Position numbers and translations under genes: made by a program
NCBI GenBank assembly: GCA_964291265.2
Contig: OZ219747.1
Coordinates: 96,001-160,000 of the forward strand
DNA from: Alphaproteobacteria bacterium
GTDB taxonomy: Bacteria > Pseudomonadota > Alphaproteobacteria > SP197
Reading direction: 5' to 3'
Length of the DNA: 64,000 nucleotides
Notes under the pieces: generated by a model
Database searches by the model: none
What the model was told of the DNA's origin: nothing
The model's input: only the letters and a program-made list of their open reading frames with translations
Shown here: positions 50,650 to 60,413 of the stretch, piece after piece
Layout: every line of letters begins with the position of its first letter
How positions within the stretch are numbered: position 1 is the stretch's first letter

Positions 50650-50909
50650 CTGGAGAGGTTCACCAACTGCCATCGTCCCCACCGGCGCGTTCACACGCGG
50701 GGAACGGGAATGGTGGCAGGTACGATGTTCATGGTCGACTTTCTGCCATGGAAGCGCGTCTGGACTATCTTGCGACGAAAGAGGACATTCAGCGTATAGA
50801 GGCCCTGATAGCGCAGCGCGAAGCGTCCCTCCAGAGGTGGTTGATAGGAGTGGTGATCAGTGCCGCTGTCGGCCTGGCCATCGCCCTCATCAAGCTGTTT
50901 GGTGGATAG
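50646..50909 (+). CDS. Small coiled-coil protein with C-terminal transmembrane helix (DUF1640/XhlA-like)
   Basis: RLSAMEARLDYLATKEDI heptads, then WLIGVVISAAVGLAIALIKLF. Confidence 0.65.
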   Translation: MTGEVHQLPSSPPARSHAGNGNGGRYDVHGRLSAMEARLDYLATKEDIQRIEALIAQREASLQRWLIGVVISAAVGLAIALIKLFGG

Positions 50910-51511
50910 AGACCTTCGACACATTCGTGCATGATCCCTCATGCGTTTGTCTGGCGGACCGCCGACAGTGATCAGCTCTTGAGAGCGGCACGCAGCCTGA
51001 TCCCGGACGAGGTGAGCGACATCGTGGTCAAGCGCGGCAGCCGCCTGGGAGGTCAGCGACCAGGTGCCGGAGCGGCAAGCTGCCAGGCTCACGCGGCCCT
51101 GACGCACGGTGTATCGTTCGCATCACCGCCGACAGCCAGGGATTCACGGGACTTGAGAGATCGGTGTCGCGGACGCCGAACGCGCCGCGATCCCGGGTTC
51201 CCGTCGTCTCGGTCGATCCCGTGTTCGACGGCTTCGGCATCATAGACCTTTGGTGAAGGATGCACCTGACCGGCCACGTCTTCCGCGATGTGAACGACGA
51301 CGGTCTGGTTCGTGACCGCGAGACTGTCGCTGAGAGATGCCCCGACGCCATGTGAACAAGGTGGCCTGATCACCGGAGGGCACCGGCCACATCGAGACGG
51401 GGCCTGGCAAGGATCGCGGGTTCACCCTGACGACAGAAGCGCCAGGTCCGGAACTGGACAGGTGGAGAGGTATGGGTCAATCTTGAGAGTGCCGGATCGG
51501 GAGACAGATCC

Positions 51512-51769
51512 TTGACGGATCTCGTGCAGTATCTGGAAGTGCAGCGGTTGCTCGATGACGTGGAGGATGTCGCCGACGAACTCGCTCCGAACGAGCGGGA
51601 CATGGTCGATTGGCTGCGGCGGTCCTGCGAGGATCCGTCACACAACGAGGCCCAGGCCGTTCACCTTCTCGAGACGATCCTGCGCAATGTCCGGATTCGC
51701 CGGGGCTATGACATCGACGCCAGCGAACGCCCCCCGCGAAAGATCGATCTCGGCCACAAGGTTCACTGA
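51512..51769 (+). CDS. Hypothetical protein
   Basis: 85-aa ORF with host-like codon bias, converging on the moaD-like gene. Confidence 0.5.
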   Translation: MTDLVQYLEVQRLLDDVEDVADELAPNERDMVDWLRRSCEDPSHNEAQAVHLLETILRNVRIRRGYDIDASERPPRKIDLGHKVH

Positions 51770-51775
51770 CCGCTA

Positions 51776-52024
51776 TCAGCCACCCCTGAGCGGCGGCATG
51801 AGCGCCAGATTGTCGCCGTCACCGAGTTCCCGGGTGGCACGCTCGGCCGTCGGCACGGCCATGCCGTTCAGCGTCACGAGGTAGCTCCCGTCGGGAAATC
51901 CCAGCCGCTTCATGACATCGGTGATGGTGGAACCCCGGGGCACGTCGATCTCGGCGCGATCCTTCGCGGACCCGGGCGGCAGGTACCTGCCGAGCAGGCC
52001 CGCGGTTCTCACGAGAATCTTCAT
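51776..52024 (-). CDS. MoaD/ThiS-family sulfur carrier
   Basis: Start MKILVRT; ubiquitin-like size, ends PPLRGG. Confidence 0.9.
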   Translation of the reverse strand: MKILVRTAGLLGRYLPPGSAKDRAEIDVPRGSTITDVMKRLGFPDGSYLVTLNGMAVPTAERATRELGDGDNLALMPPLRGG

Positions 52025-53280
52025 GCGGCGCGGCGTGACGCGTCCTGGGCGGTGGCAAGATAGACCGACATGATCCGGTGGGGATCGGCCATCAGGACAT
52101 CCTTCCACTTTCCAAGCGGTGTCTTCGTCTGGATGAGGCCACGCAGCACACCGACATGCTGCGTGAGGCCAAGAGCCAGGCAGCCCACCAGGACATCGTC
52201 ACGGAAGTTCAGCCTCAGGTACCTGTAGGCCCGGGCATCGACAGCGGTCGCGACATCACCACCCTCGACACCGTCCCACAGACCATAGGACGTGGAGATG
52301 AGGCCGAGCGTGTTGAGCGTGTTCATGACAAGGCTGCCGCGATAGGCCGTTTTCCTGCCCGCCATGTTCAGCGCCGCAATGCGTCCGTGTTCGCTGGCCG
52401 TGGGCTGGATGGCATGGACATCATGACCGCCGGTCATGAAATCGAACCCCGCCGCAACGTCTCCGGCGGCATAGATGCCGGGAACGCTGGTTTCCAGGTG
52501 TTCGTCGACCACGACGCCCATGTCGGTCTCGATTCCGCTGCCTTCCAGGAACCCGGTGTTCGAGGCAACACCCGTGGCGCAGACGACAAGATCCGCGTTG
52601 AGTGGCGCCTTGCCCTCGAGATCAAGGCTGAGCGAGCCGTCGCTGTTGCGGGAGACACCATTCACCCGGGTGGACACGTGTACGTCGACACCCTTCTCGC
52701 GGCACCAGGCGGCGATCATGTCGCCGCCGGTCCTGTCCATCATGCGGGCAACCATGCGATCAGCCATCTCGATGACGGTGAGATTGACCTCGCGGGCGAT
52801 AAGGGCCTCGAGGATGATGCACCCGATGAAACCCGCACCCATCAGCACGACATTGTCGCCGGGTTTCGTGTGCTCCATGATCCGCCGAGCATCGGCAAGG
52901 GTCCAGCAAGACATCACCTTGTCCAGGTCCATGCCCGGAATGGGCGGCCGGATGGGGCGCGCTCCGGTGGCAAGAAGCAGTCTGTCAAAGGCAAGGCTGC
53001 CACCGCTGGCAAGGGAGAGGGACCTCGCGACCGTATCGATGGCCGTCACGGAGTCGTGCGTTACGCTGATGCCGAGACCGTCATAGTGGCCGTTCGTGTG
53101 GCGCAGGCACGTCCCTTCCTCGTCGATGTTCTCGGCCAGAAGATAGGGAATGGCCATCCTGGAGTAAGGTGGCTCCGGTTCGTCCGACAACACCGTGATG
53201 CGGCCGCCGTGCCCCATGCGGGCCAGAGCTTCCGACGCAATCACGCCGGCGGGGCCGGCGCCAACGATGACATGGTTCAT
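52021..53280 (-). CDS. FAD/NAD-dependent oxidoreductase (AorC-like subunit)
   Basis: Start MNHVIVGAGPAG; PYSR, LLATG, GAGFIG, YAAGD. Confidence 0.9.
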   Translation of the reverse strand: MNHVIVGAGPAGVIASEALARMGHGGRITVLSDEPEPPYSRMAIPYLLAENIDEEGTCLRHTNGHYDGLGISVTHDSVTAIDTVARSLSLASGGSLAFDRLLLATGARPIRPPIPGMDLDKVMSCWTLADARRIMEHTKPGDNVVLMGAGFIGCIILEALIAREVNLTVIEMADRMVARMMDRTGGDMIAAWCREKGVDVHVSTRVNGVSRNSDGSLSLDLEGKAPLNADLVVCATGVASNTGFLEGSGIETDMGVVVDEHLETSVPGIYAAGDVAAGFDFMTGGHDVHAIQPTASEHGRIAALNMAGRKTAYRGSLVMNTLNTLGLISTSYGLWDGVEGGDVATAVDARAYRYLRLNFRDDVLVGCLALGLTQHVGVLRGLIQTKTPLGKWKDVLMADPHRIMSVYLATAQDASRRAA

Positions 53281-53302
53281 GATTGTCCCCTCCACGAAGG
53301 AC

Positions 53303-53330
53303 GGGATTCCGGTCATGTGACCGGAATCCC
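53303..53330. other. Perfect 13-bp-stem hairpin between the AOR large-subunit and FAD-subunit genes
   Basis: GGGATTCCGGTCA-TG-TGACCGGAATCCC; no U-tract, so an mRNA-stability role is more likely than termination. Confidence 0.6.
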
Positions 53331-53374
53331 TGATACACACATCCGGCGGCTAGCAGCCTCCGAATTCGACCGGG

Positions 53375-55195
53375 TCAAAGACCAAGGCGCGCCAGGGTCT
53401 CGTTGGTCGGCTGACCGTTCTCCGTCCAGCCGCGCAGGCTGTAGTACTCGGGCAGCATCTTCGAGAGTTCGCTGACCTTGCCCTTCGCACTTCCCGACGG
53501 CACGGGCTCGTTCAGCATGCGCGGTGGCAGGGTGTCATCGGCAGCCGTCAACCCGGCGGCCATGTTGAACATGCGCTCGAGGGTCCATGTCCTTTCGCCC
53601 GATTCGATGCATCGCTCCAGGGTCCAGTCCCCGGGGAGTGCGGCGTCAAGCTGGGTGACGAAGTCCTCCGGCCCCCAACCGGCGGTGGTGAAGAGGCAGA
53701 GACCGGTGGAGTCGATCATCGAGACCATGTCCTGGCTCTCCTTGACCGGGGCCGCCTTGCCGTTTCCGGAGATATCCTCCATGTCGGGGCCGAAGACATC
53801 GTGCTTGAGATGGCAGGCGCCGCGGTTGGATGTGGCGTAGCCCAGTCCCATGCCCTGCAGGGCCCTGCTGTCGTAGCCGGCGAACTCCTGACCCTTCACA
53901 CCCATGAAGAGTTCCGGATGACCGTACTTCTCGCACAGACGCCTGGAGCCCAAAGCCAGTTCCTTGCCGAAACCTTCGCCCTTGCCGGTCTTCTCCGCCA
54001 TGACGGCCAAGCCTTCGGAACTGCCGAAGCTGAGATCGATGCCATCGGTGTCGTCCTTGGTGAGGATCCCCATCTCGAAGAGTTCCATCGCCGCCGCCAG
54101 GGTCACACCGAACGAGATCGGGTCCATGCCGTGCTCGTTCATCATGTAGTTGGCGAAGGTGAGGGAATCGAGGTCGTCGACACCGACAACCGGGCCAAAG
54201 GCATAGGCCGTTTCGTACTCCAGGCCACCCGAGGCATGCCGGTACTCGGGCCGGTTGACGATGGTGAAGTGCTCCGGATCGATATGAGCGATCCTGCCGC
54301 AGGCAATGGTGCAACCGAAACACGCCTTGTTCGTGATGAGATTGATGTGGCCGTTGGCATTCGGCACGGTCGTTGCCCCGGGGTTGACCTTGTCGATGCC
54401 TTCGAACTGGACCTCGCGGAAGTTCCGGGTGGGCAGCCCGCCCCACTCCTGCATCATGTCGATCATGGGATGGGTGCCACCATCGGTGAGCCCCTTGCGG
54501 CCATCACTGGCAGCGAGCTTGGCGTGGGTGTCCTTCACCACTTCCATGAACCTCACCGGATCGTCCACCGTGACACCCCTGGTGCCATAGGCCGCCACCG
54601 CCTTGAGATTCTTCGATCCCATGACGGCGCCGACGCCGCAGCGTCCGGCGGCCCGGTGGAGGTCGTTGACGACACAGGCGTAGAGAACGCCGTTCTCCCC
54701 GGCCTCGCCGATCGAGGCCACCTTGAGCTGAGGGTTCTGGTGACGGGACTTGATCCACTCCTCGGTATGCCAGACGCCGGTTCCCCAGATCTCGTCTGCC
54801 GGCAGGATGTCGACGGAATCGTCATCGATGTGGAGATAGACCGGCTTGTCGGCCCTCCCCTCGATGAGCAGGAGATCGTAGCCGGCATACTTGAGGAAAG
54901 CGCCGAACTTCCCGCCGGAATTGGAATCGCCAATGGCGCCGGTGAGCGGACTCTTGCAGAGCACCGCATAGCGGCCACTTGTCGAGGCCATGGTTCCGTT
55001 GAGCGGTCCGGTGGCGAAGATGAGGACGTTGTCAGGCCCCATCGGATCGCACTTGGGATCCACGTTTTCGTATAGGTACTTCGTTCCAAGTCCGCGTTCG
55101 CCGATGTAGGCGTTGGCCCACTCCATGTTCAATGGTTCGGCTTCAGCGGTTCCCTTGGTGAGATTGACACGCAGGATCTGGCCTTGCCAGGACAT
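53375..55195 (-). CDS. Tungsten-type aldehyde:ferredoxin oxidoreductase catalytic subunit (AorB-like)
   Basis: KSPLTG..SNSGG, AAGRCGVGAVMGSKNLKA, CFGCTIAC, EYET, DPIS, RGACH, DSTGLC. Confidence 0.93.
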   Translation of the reverse strand: MSWQGQILRVNLTKGTAEAEPLNMEWANAYIGERGLGTKYLYENVDPKCDPMGPDNVLIFATGPLNGTMASTSGRYAVLCKSPLTGAIGDSNSGGKFGAFLKYAGYDLLLIEGRADKPVYLHIDDDSVDILPADEIWGTGVWHTEEWIKSRHQNPQLKVASIGEAGENGVLYACVVNDLHRAAGRCGVGAVMGSKNLKAVAAYGTRGVTVDDPVRFMEVVKDTHAKLAASDGRKGLTDGGTHPMIDMMQEWGGLPTRNFREVQFEGIDKVNPGATTVPNANGHINLITNKACFGCTIACGRIAHIDPEHFTIVNRPEYRHASGGLEYETAYAFGPVVGVDDLDSLTFANYMMNEHGMDPISFGVTLAAAMELFEMGILTKDDTDGIDLSFGSSEGLAVMAEKTGKGEGFGKELALGSRRLCEKYGHPELFMGVKGQEFAGYDSRALQGMGLGYATSNRGACHLKHDVFGPDMEDISGNGKAAPVKESQDMVSMIDSTGLCLFTTAGWGPEDFVTQLDAALPGDWTLERCIESGERTWTLERMFNMAAGLTAADDTLPPRMLNEPVPSGSAKGKVSELSKMLPEYYSLRGWTENGQPTNETLARLGL

Positions 55196-55219
55196 CGTCG
55201 TTTCTCCCCGGAGTTGTCG

Positions 55220-55699
55220 TCAGGCCTTGGCCGACTGGTTGGTGTCCACATGCCCGGCCCATCGCCGCATGCGATCAAGACCGGTCCATGACGAATCCAC
55301 GTAGACTATGGCGTCGGTGGGACATGCCTCGGCACACTTGGGATCGCCGTGGCACAGGTCGCACTTGATGACCTTGCCCGTGTCGGGATTGTAGTTCACC
55401 GTCCCGAAGGGGCAGGCGATCGTGCACACCTTGCACCCCACACAGACATCATCCTTGACCTCGACCGCTCCCGTCGCCGGGTTGCGGACCAGCGCTTCCA
55501 CCGGACAGGCATGCACGCACCATGCCTCCGCGCACTGTGTGCAGGTATAGGGAACGGCGCGCTTGCCGTGTTCGAATTCAAAGATCTTGATCCTGGACCG
55601 GGCCGGATTGAACGAGCCTTCATGCTCGAACGAACAGGCCATCTCGCATTGCAGACAACTCGTGCACTTGTCAGGATCAATCAGAAGCGATTTCTGCAT
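55220..55699 (-). CDS. Multi-[4Fe-4S] electron-transfer subunit (AorA-like)
   Basis: Start MQKSLL; CTSCLQCEMAC, CTQC..CVHACP, CVGCKVCTIACP, CDLC..CAEACP. Confidence 0.93.
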   Translation of the reverse strand: MQKSLLIDPDKCTSCLQCEMACSFEHEGSFNPARSRIKIFEFEHGKRAVPYTCTQCAEAWCVHACPVEALVRNPATGAVEVKDDVCVGCKVCTIACPFGTVNYNPDTGKVIKCDLCHGDPKCAEACPTDAIVYVDSSWTGLDRMRRWAGHVDTNQSAKA

Positions 55700-55869
55700 A
55701 CCCCAGCACCTCTCCTCAGCCGTGCCTTCGCCGCATACGATGTGACAGAGGCGGGGAGAGCGACGATCTCCCTCGCGTCCGTCAACCATCATAGACGCGT
55801 TATCAACCGATGGATAGTGCGCAGGCCAGTCTTCCGGTCACCTCGCGGTCCAGGCCGGCGCGCCTCGAG

Positions 55870-56560
55870 AAGGGCCCGGAGGCACTCCCTCATCGCCAAA
55901 TGGACCGCAGACGCGGTCACGCTCTTCCCGCTCGGCAAGGACCGCCTCGACGTCTCATGGGCAAGGTTCCGGGAAGGGCCTTCATGCAAGCCGCGCCACA
56001 GCCGGAAAATCCGGCAATGGCGGCTGCAGGACGGTCCGCGCGGACGGACAGGTCATCATGATCGACCACCTCTGCCACGAGGCCGATCCGCAGCGCCCCG
56101 TCGGCATCCACCAGCCATCTGGCCCGACAGAGCTCCATCGTTCCCCCGAGACCGACCTGGCGCGGCAGGCACCAGGACAACCGGCCCGAGACAGGGGACC
56201 CGAGAGCCGCGTCCGGCAGGCCGAAGCGGGCCGATCCCCCGGTGATCACCTGATCACACATGGCGGCATGTTCAGGCCCGGCACCCGGACAGCACCCGTT
56301 GACGGCAGCGGTCGCGGGCTTTCCGAGCTCGCTGATTCGGCGGGGCGGCTTCCGGCAGGGCGCCGTGCTGGACGCAAGGCCCCGCTCGTCCTGTGTTCCG
56401 GCCTCAACCACGGTCCATGCCGACAGCGAAGACCCGTCCGGCGTCCGTGATGACTGAGGGCCGTGACCGCGTCCTCCTTGCCGGCACCCCCGATCCGGTC
56501 AAGCAGACGTCGAGGTGGCGCATGATCGAGAGCACACAGCACACTCTCGCGATCCATCCG
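55870..56560 (-). pseudogene. Degraded enoyl-CoA hydratase/crotonase-family gene
   Basis: KPATAAVNGCCPGAG..CDQVI..ARFGLPD..LPRQVG..DADGALRIGLVAEVV; catalytic residues substituted, frame broken; boundaries approximate. Confidence 0.7.
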
Positions 56561-56596
56561 CGCCCCGGCGCCCCGCCGCGTGACGGCAGGCACGGC

Positions 56597-57901
56597 TCAG
56601 GCCTCCTCGCCCGCCGTCAGCGTGGCGGCCAGAATGCGGGCCCGCATGACCGGAGTCGTCACGAACCGCGGCGGAAAGCGTTGCAGATCCTCGAATGCCG
56701 CCATGTCGGCCACCAGATCGGTGTCCTCGCCCGCGGCCATCTCGGCGACGGCCCGCCCGGACATGGTTCCCTTGGCGGCGCCGACACCGTTCTGGCACAC
56801 CGCGGCCCAGATACCGTCGGCCAGCATGCCGCACTTCGGCACGGAGTTGCGCGACATGCACATGACGCCGCTCCAAGTATGCTCGAAGGTGACGCGCGGC
56901 ACCATGGGAAAGCGCCTGGCCAGGGTCCGGACGTGCCGACGCCGGACCTTCGCGAGATCGCGTTCCGTGATCGTGAAATCGGGCCGATGACGCAGGTCGA
57001 GCCGGATGAGCAGCCTGTGATCCCGGGTATAGCGCATGGTGGTTCCGCCCAGAAGCGCGGGAATTGTTCCCCAGTCGCCATCTCCTCCCAGTGCCTCCTG
57101 TTCGGCCTTGTCGAGCGGCCGGGTAAGGCTGGCGAACGTGTGGACGGTCAGCAGTTTCCGCCCGAGAAATCCGAAGGCGGGCGTCCAGCCGTTGGTTGCC
57201 AGAATGATCCGTGGCGTCGTCAACCGCCCGGCCGGGGTCACGAGGGTCCTTGATGCCCCGTTGTCGCACTCCCGCATGGGGGAATCCTCATAGATCTCGA
57301 CATTGTCCGGCATGGTGCGGGCCAACCCGGTGACGAGCGCCGCCGGCTGCATGAGGACGCATCCTGGCGTGAAGACGCCGTCGACAAAGCAGTCCGCACC
57401 GAGGAAGGCGGCAAGGCGTCCGCGATCCCATCGCTCGCAGTCCTCGCCGAGATCATCGAGACGCGCCTGCATGACGTCGAGACTGAGGCGCCCCGAAGGC
57501 GTGGCCGCCACGTGCACCTTGCCGCGCCGGCTCCACTGACAGCGTATCCGGTGGCGTTCCACGATGTCTCCGAGCCAGGCGATGGCCTGCCGGTTGATGC
57601 GTATCTGCCGACGGTCGTGTTCGGGCTGTTCGCGCGACAACGCATGGGGAAGGTCAATGATGAAGCCCGAATTGCGCCCCGAGGCGTTCTCCCCGATACG
57701 CCCCGCCTCGAGGAGCACGACGCGGTCGCCGCGGCGCAGTTCACCCAGGCGCCGGGCAGCGGCGAGACCGGCGAAACCGCCACCGATCACCACCCAGTCC
57801 GCCGCGCCCTCGCCTTTCCAGACACGCGCCGGAGGGTGTTCCGCCAGGACGTTGTACCAGCCGTTGGAATGATCGTTCTTCGGGAAACCGCTCACGCGCA
57901 T
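56597..57901 (-). CDS. FAD-dependent amine oxidoreductase (PuuB/DadA family)
   Basis: GGGFAG, ASGRNSGF, QPAAL, LATNGW, WSG, QNGVG motifs. Confidence 0.9.
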   Translation of the reverse strand: MRVSGFPKNDHSNGWYNVLAEHPPARVWKGEGAADWVVIGGGFAGLAAARRLGELRRGDRVVLLEAGRIGENASGRNSGFIIDLPHALSREQPEHDRRQIRINRQAIAWLGDIVERHRIRCQWSRRGKVHVAATPSGRLSLDVMQARLDDLGEDCERWDRGRLAAFLGADCFVDGVFTPGCVLMQPAALVTGLARTMPDNVEIYEDSPMRECDNGASRTLVTPAGRLTTPRIILATNGWTPAFGFLGRKLLTVHTFASLTRPLDKAEQEALGGDGDWGTIPALLGGTTMRYTRDHRLLIRLDLRHRPDFTITERDLAKVRRRHVRTLARRFPMVPRVTFEHTWSGVMCMSRNSVPKCGMLADGIWAAVCQNGVGAAKGTMSGRAVAEMAAGEDTDLVADMAAFEDLQRFPPRFVTTPVMRARILAATLTAGEEA

Positions 57902-57910
57902 GACGCGATG

Positions 57911-58297
57911 TCAGTCCAGGGGAACCGGAGGCACGGGTACGTGGGGGTGGGTGCTGCTTCCCGCCTTCGATTCGGCCACCGGAGCCACGGCAAAGAAGAA
58001 TCGCGCCGGTTCCCGCGCCACGTAGGTGAGCCGGGTTCCGGAAGGCAGCCACATGATGTCTCCGGGACCGATGCGGTGCCGTCCTTCTTCGGTGTGGATC
58101 TCCAGTTCACCTTCGATGCCGTAGATGATCTCGTCATAGGTCACGGTCCAAGGAATGCTGCAGTTCTCGAACACTCCGATGCCGCCTCCCAGCGTCGTGC
58201 TGATCGCAGAGTTGACGGTTGCCACCACGTTCCCGCCACTGCCGTCAGCCACGGCAAGATCGAGGTCATGTCCACGGAACATACGTGCGTCGCTCAT
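57911..58297 (-). CDS. EutQ-like cupin protein
   Basis: LGGGI, WTVTYDE, EGEL, GPGDIMWLPSG. Confidence 0.85.
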   Translation of the reverse strand: MSDARMFRGHDLDLAVADGSGGNVVATVNSAISTTLGGGIGVFENCSIPWTVTYDEIIYGIEGELEIHTEEGRHRIGPGDIMWLPSGTRLTYVAREPARFFFAVAPVAESKAGSSTHPHVPVPPVPLD

Positions 58298-59442
58298 GAT
58301 GCCATGTCTCCTTCCAGCGCATCTCTTACCCAGGTCTGAAAGGCATGAACACAGTGTTCGCTGTCTCCCGGTTCGCCATCCCGGGACACGAATCGGCCCT
58401 GGTGGTAGCCCCGCGACACGATGCCTCGCTGAACACCCTCGTTGAGGGCCGCATCCTCAGGTCCCAGCGCTTCGTCGAACCAGGCCTGCGATGCCCGCGT
58501 GGTCTCGTCATCGCCCCGGCCGGGAACGTGGAAGTAGGCATTCTCCACGACCGAAGACTGCGCGCCCGTGGCCCGCATCAGGAAGGTCGAGATCATATCG
58601 GCATGGGGCCAGGAATAGATGATCCAGTCCGGCCACAGGTAAAGCGTGATGAAATGGTCCGTCTGCCCGCCGGGACCGGACCCGGGAAAGGGATAGACTT
58701 CCGTCCGGTTCCTGCCCGGCGGCGCGATGATGGCCAGCCAGTGATCATGCACATGGAGCCTGGTGGTCTCCATGTCGATGATGTCGGTGAGTGCGCGGTG
58801 GGCCGGTCCGGAATTGGGAAAGTGGTAGCCCTCGATGGCGTTCTCGACGGTCACCTTCCAGTTGGAGGCGATGGTGAAGTCCTTCTGGCCGCCGAACGTG
58901 ACCGTCTCGAGATCGGGAAACCAGCGCCGGCACTCATCCTCGAAGCCCGGCGCCCACTCGTTCATCGGCGGCGCGTCGTCGTCCAGGTTGACGAAGATGA
59001 AACCGGCAAACTCCTGGATCCGCACCGGCACCAGGCCGAAGTCGGCCTTGTCGAAGTCCGCCACCCGGTCACACAGCCGGGCGCTCCGCAGCGATCCGTC
59101 GGTGCCATAGGCCCAGCCATGGTATGGGCAGGTGATGGCGGCCTTGACGGTGCCACACCCCTGAAGCAGCTCGTGGGCACGGTGCTGGCAAACGTTGTAG
59201 AAAGCACGCAGGCGACCGTCCCGTCCCCTGATGGCGACGATCCCCTGACCGTGGATGTCGACGGTGACATAGCTGCCGGGCGTGCCGAGCGCGCTCCCGT
59301 GGCAGACGGCACGCCACGAACGGAAGAAGATCGCCTCCTTCTCCCGTTCCAGAACGTCCGCACGGAAGTACCACGGCGAAGGCAGGGTGAACGACGTCCT
59401 GTGGTCGCCGGTCATCCCCGCCACCGGCAGCGATTCAGACAT
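58294..59442 (-). CDS. Rieske non-heme iron oxygenase alpha subunit (CntA/choline monooxygenase-like)
   Basis: NVCQHRAH..CPYHGWAY Rieske site, NWK..ENAIEGYH..H, ED..EGVQRG. Confidence 0.9.
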   Translation of the reverse strand: MSESLPVAGMTGDHRTSFTLPSPWYFRADVLEREKEAIFFRSWRAVCHGSALGTPGSYVTVDIHGQGIVAIRGRDGRLRAFYNVCQHRAHELLQGCGTVKAAITCPYHGWAYGTDGSLRSARLCDRVADFDKADFGLVPVRIQEFAGFIFVNLDDDAPPMNEWAPGFEDECRRWFPDLETVTFGGQKDFTIASNWKVTVENAIEGYHFPNSGPAHRALTDIIDMETTRLHVHDHWLAIIAPPGRNRTEVYPFPGSGPGGQTDHFITLYLWPDWIIYSWPHADMISTFLMRATGAQSSVVENAYFHVPGRGDDETTRASQAWFDEALGPEDAALNEGVQRGIVSRGYHQGRFVSRDGEPGDSEHCVHAFQTWVRDALEGDMAS

Positions 59443-60413
59443 GACGAACCTCCGCTCCTGCGACGCCGGGAACCCTACGCGTCGCCCCGCTCCGAATCAA
59501 CGCTCCCTGGCCGCCCGGGTGGCAGTTCAGTCCAGGATGTACTTCTTGGGAACGGCAGCGCCGATCGTCTGCCTGGCGTCCGCGAAGTTGCCGAGGCGCA
59601 CCTTGCCGCACTGGCTGTCCCGGGAACCGGAACCCAGCATCGGCGCCACGCCGGAACCCTGGCGGCTCAGGGGCACAGACCGGGCCGACATTGAGTATGC
59701 TCGCAGTGCGCATCCCGACGGCCGCGTGCGCGTAAGCGTTCGGCCGTTCGGTGATGGCTGATTTTGGTTGGTTTGGGTCTTGCTGACTATCGTCTGAGAA
59801 AGTGCTGGTAAACTCGTTTGGTCTCGATTATGGTCGAGGCCATGAAGACTTTTGCCGAGACGCGCGGAGCGACACAGCAGCTGACGGGAGGTGGTGACGG
59901 CCTATGTCGGGCGTCAGCGGCCTTGTCATGCGAGGCGCCTGACTGGCGTGCGCTCCATGAGGCGGAGCGGGTTCGTGCGGATGCGGCGGAAGCGAGCATG
60001 CGTGACCTGCGCCGTGCGAAGAATTCTGCCCGTGCCCGTGCGGGCACATTCAAGTTTCATCTCGACCGCACTCGTGATCAGCTCAAGGAGGCTCGCCGGG
60101 AGGTGAAGCGTGGACAGGACCTGGCGGAGGCGCTGGAGCGGGAAAGGGACGCTCTGAAGCTCAAGAACGCTGAACAGGCGAGCGAGCTGAGGAATCTCCG
60201 CGGGACGCGTGCCAAGCACGCGACGGCGCGCTTCGGGTCGAAGAGCGAGAAACGGAAGAAGAAGGAAGGCACCGGGAACAAGCGGGGTCAGCAACCCGGC
60301 AAGAGCGGCCACGGGCGCACTCCGCGTCCGAAGCTCAAGGAGAAGCACGAACGCCATGATCCCTCGATCATCAGAACCGGCTGACGGTGCGCCACGGCGA
60401 CGAGACCAGCTGG

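Noticed and set aside
59527-59731. Possible 3' gene fragment on the minus strand ending VPKKYILD*
   Set aside because: Too short and degraded to assign; no clear continuation beyond the IS66 right end.
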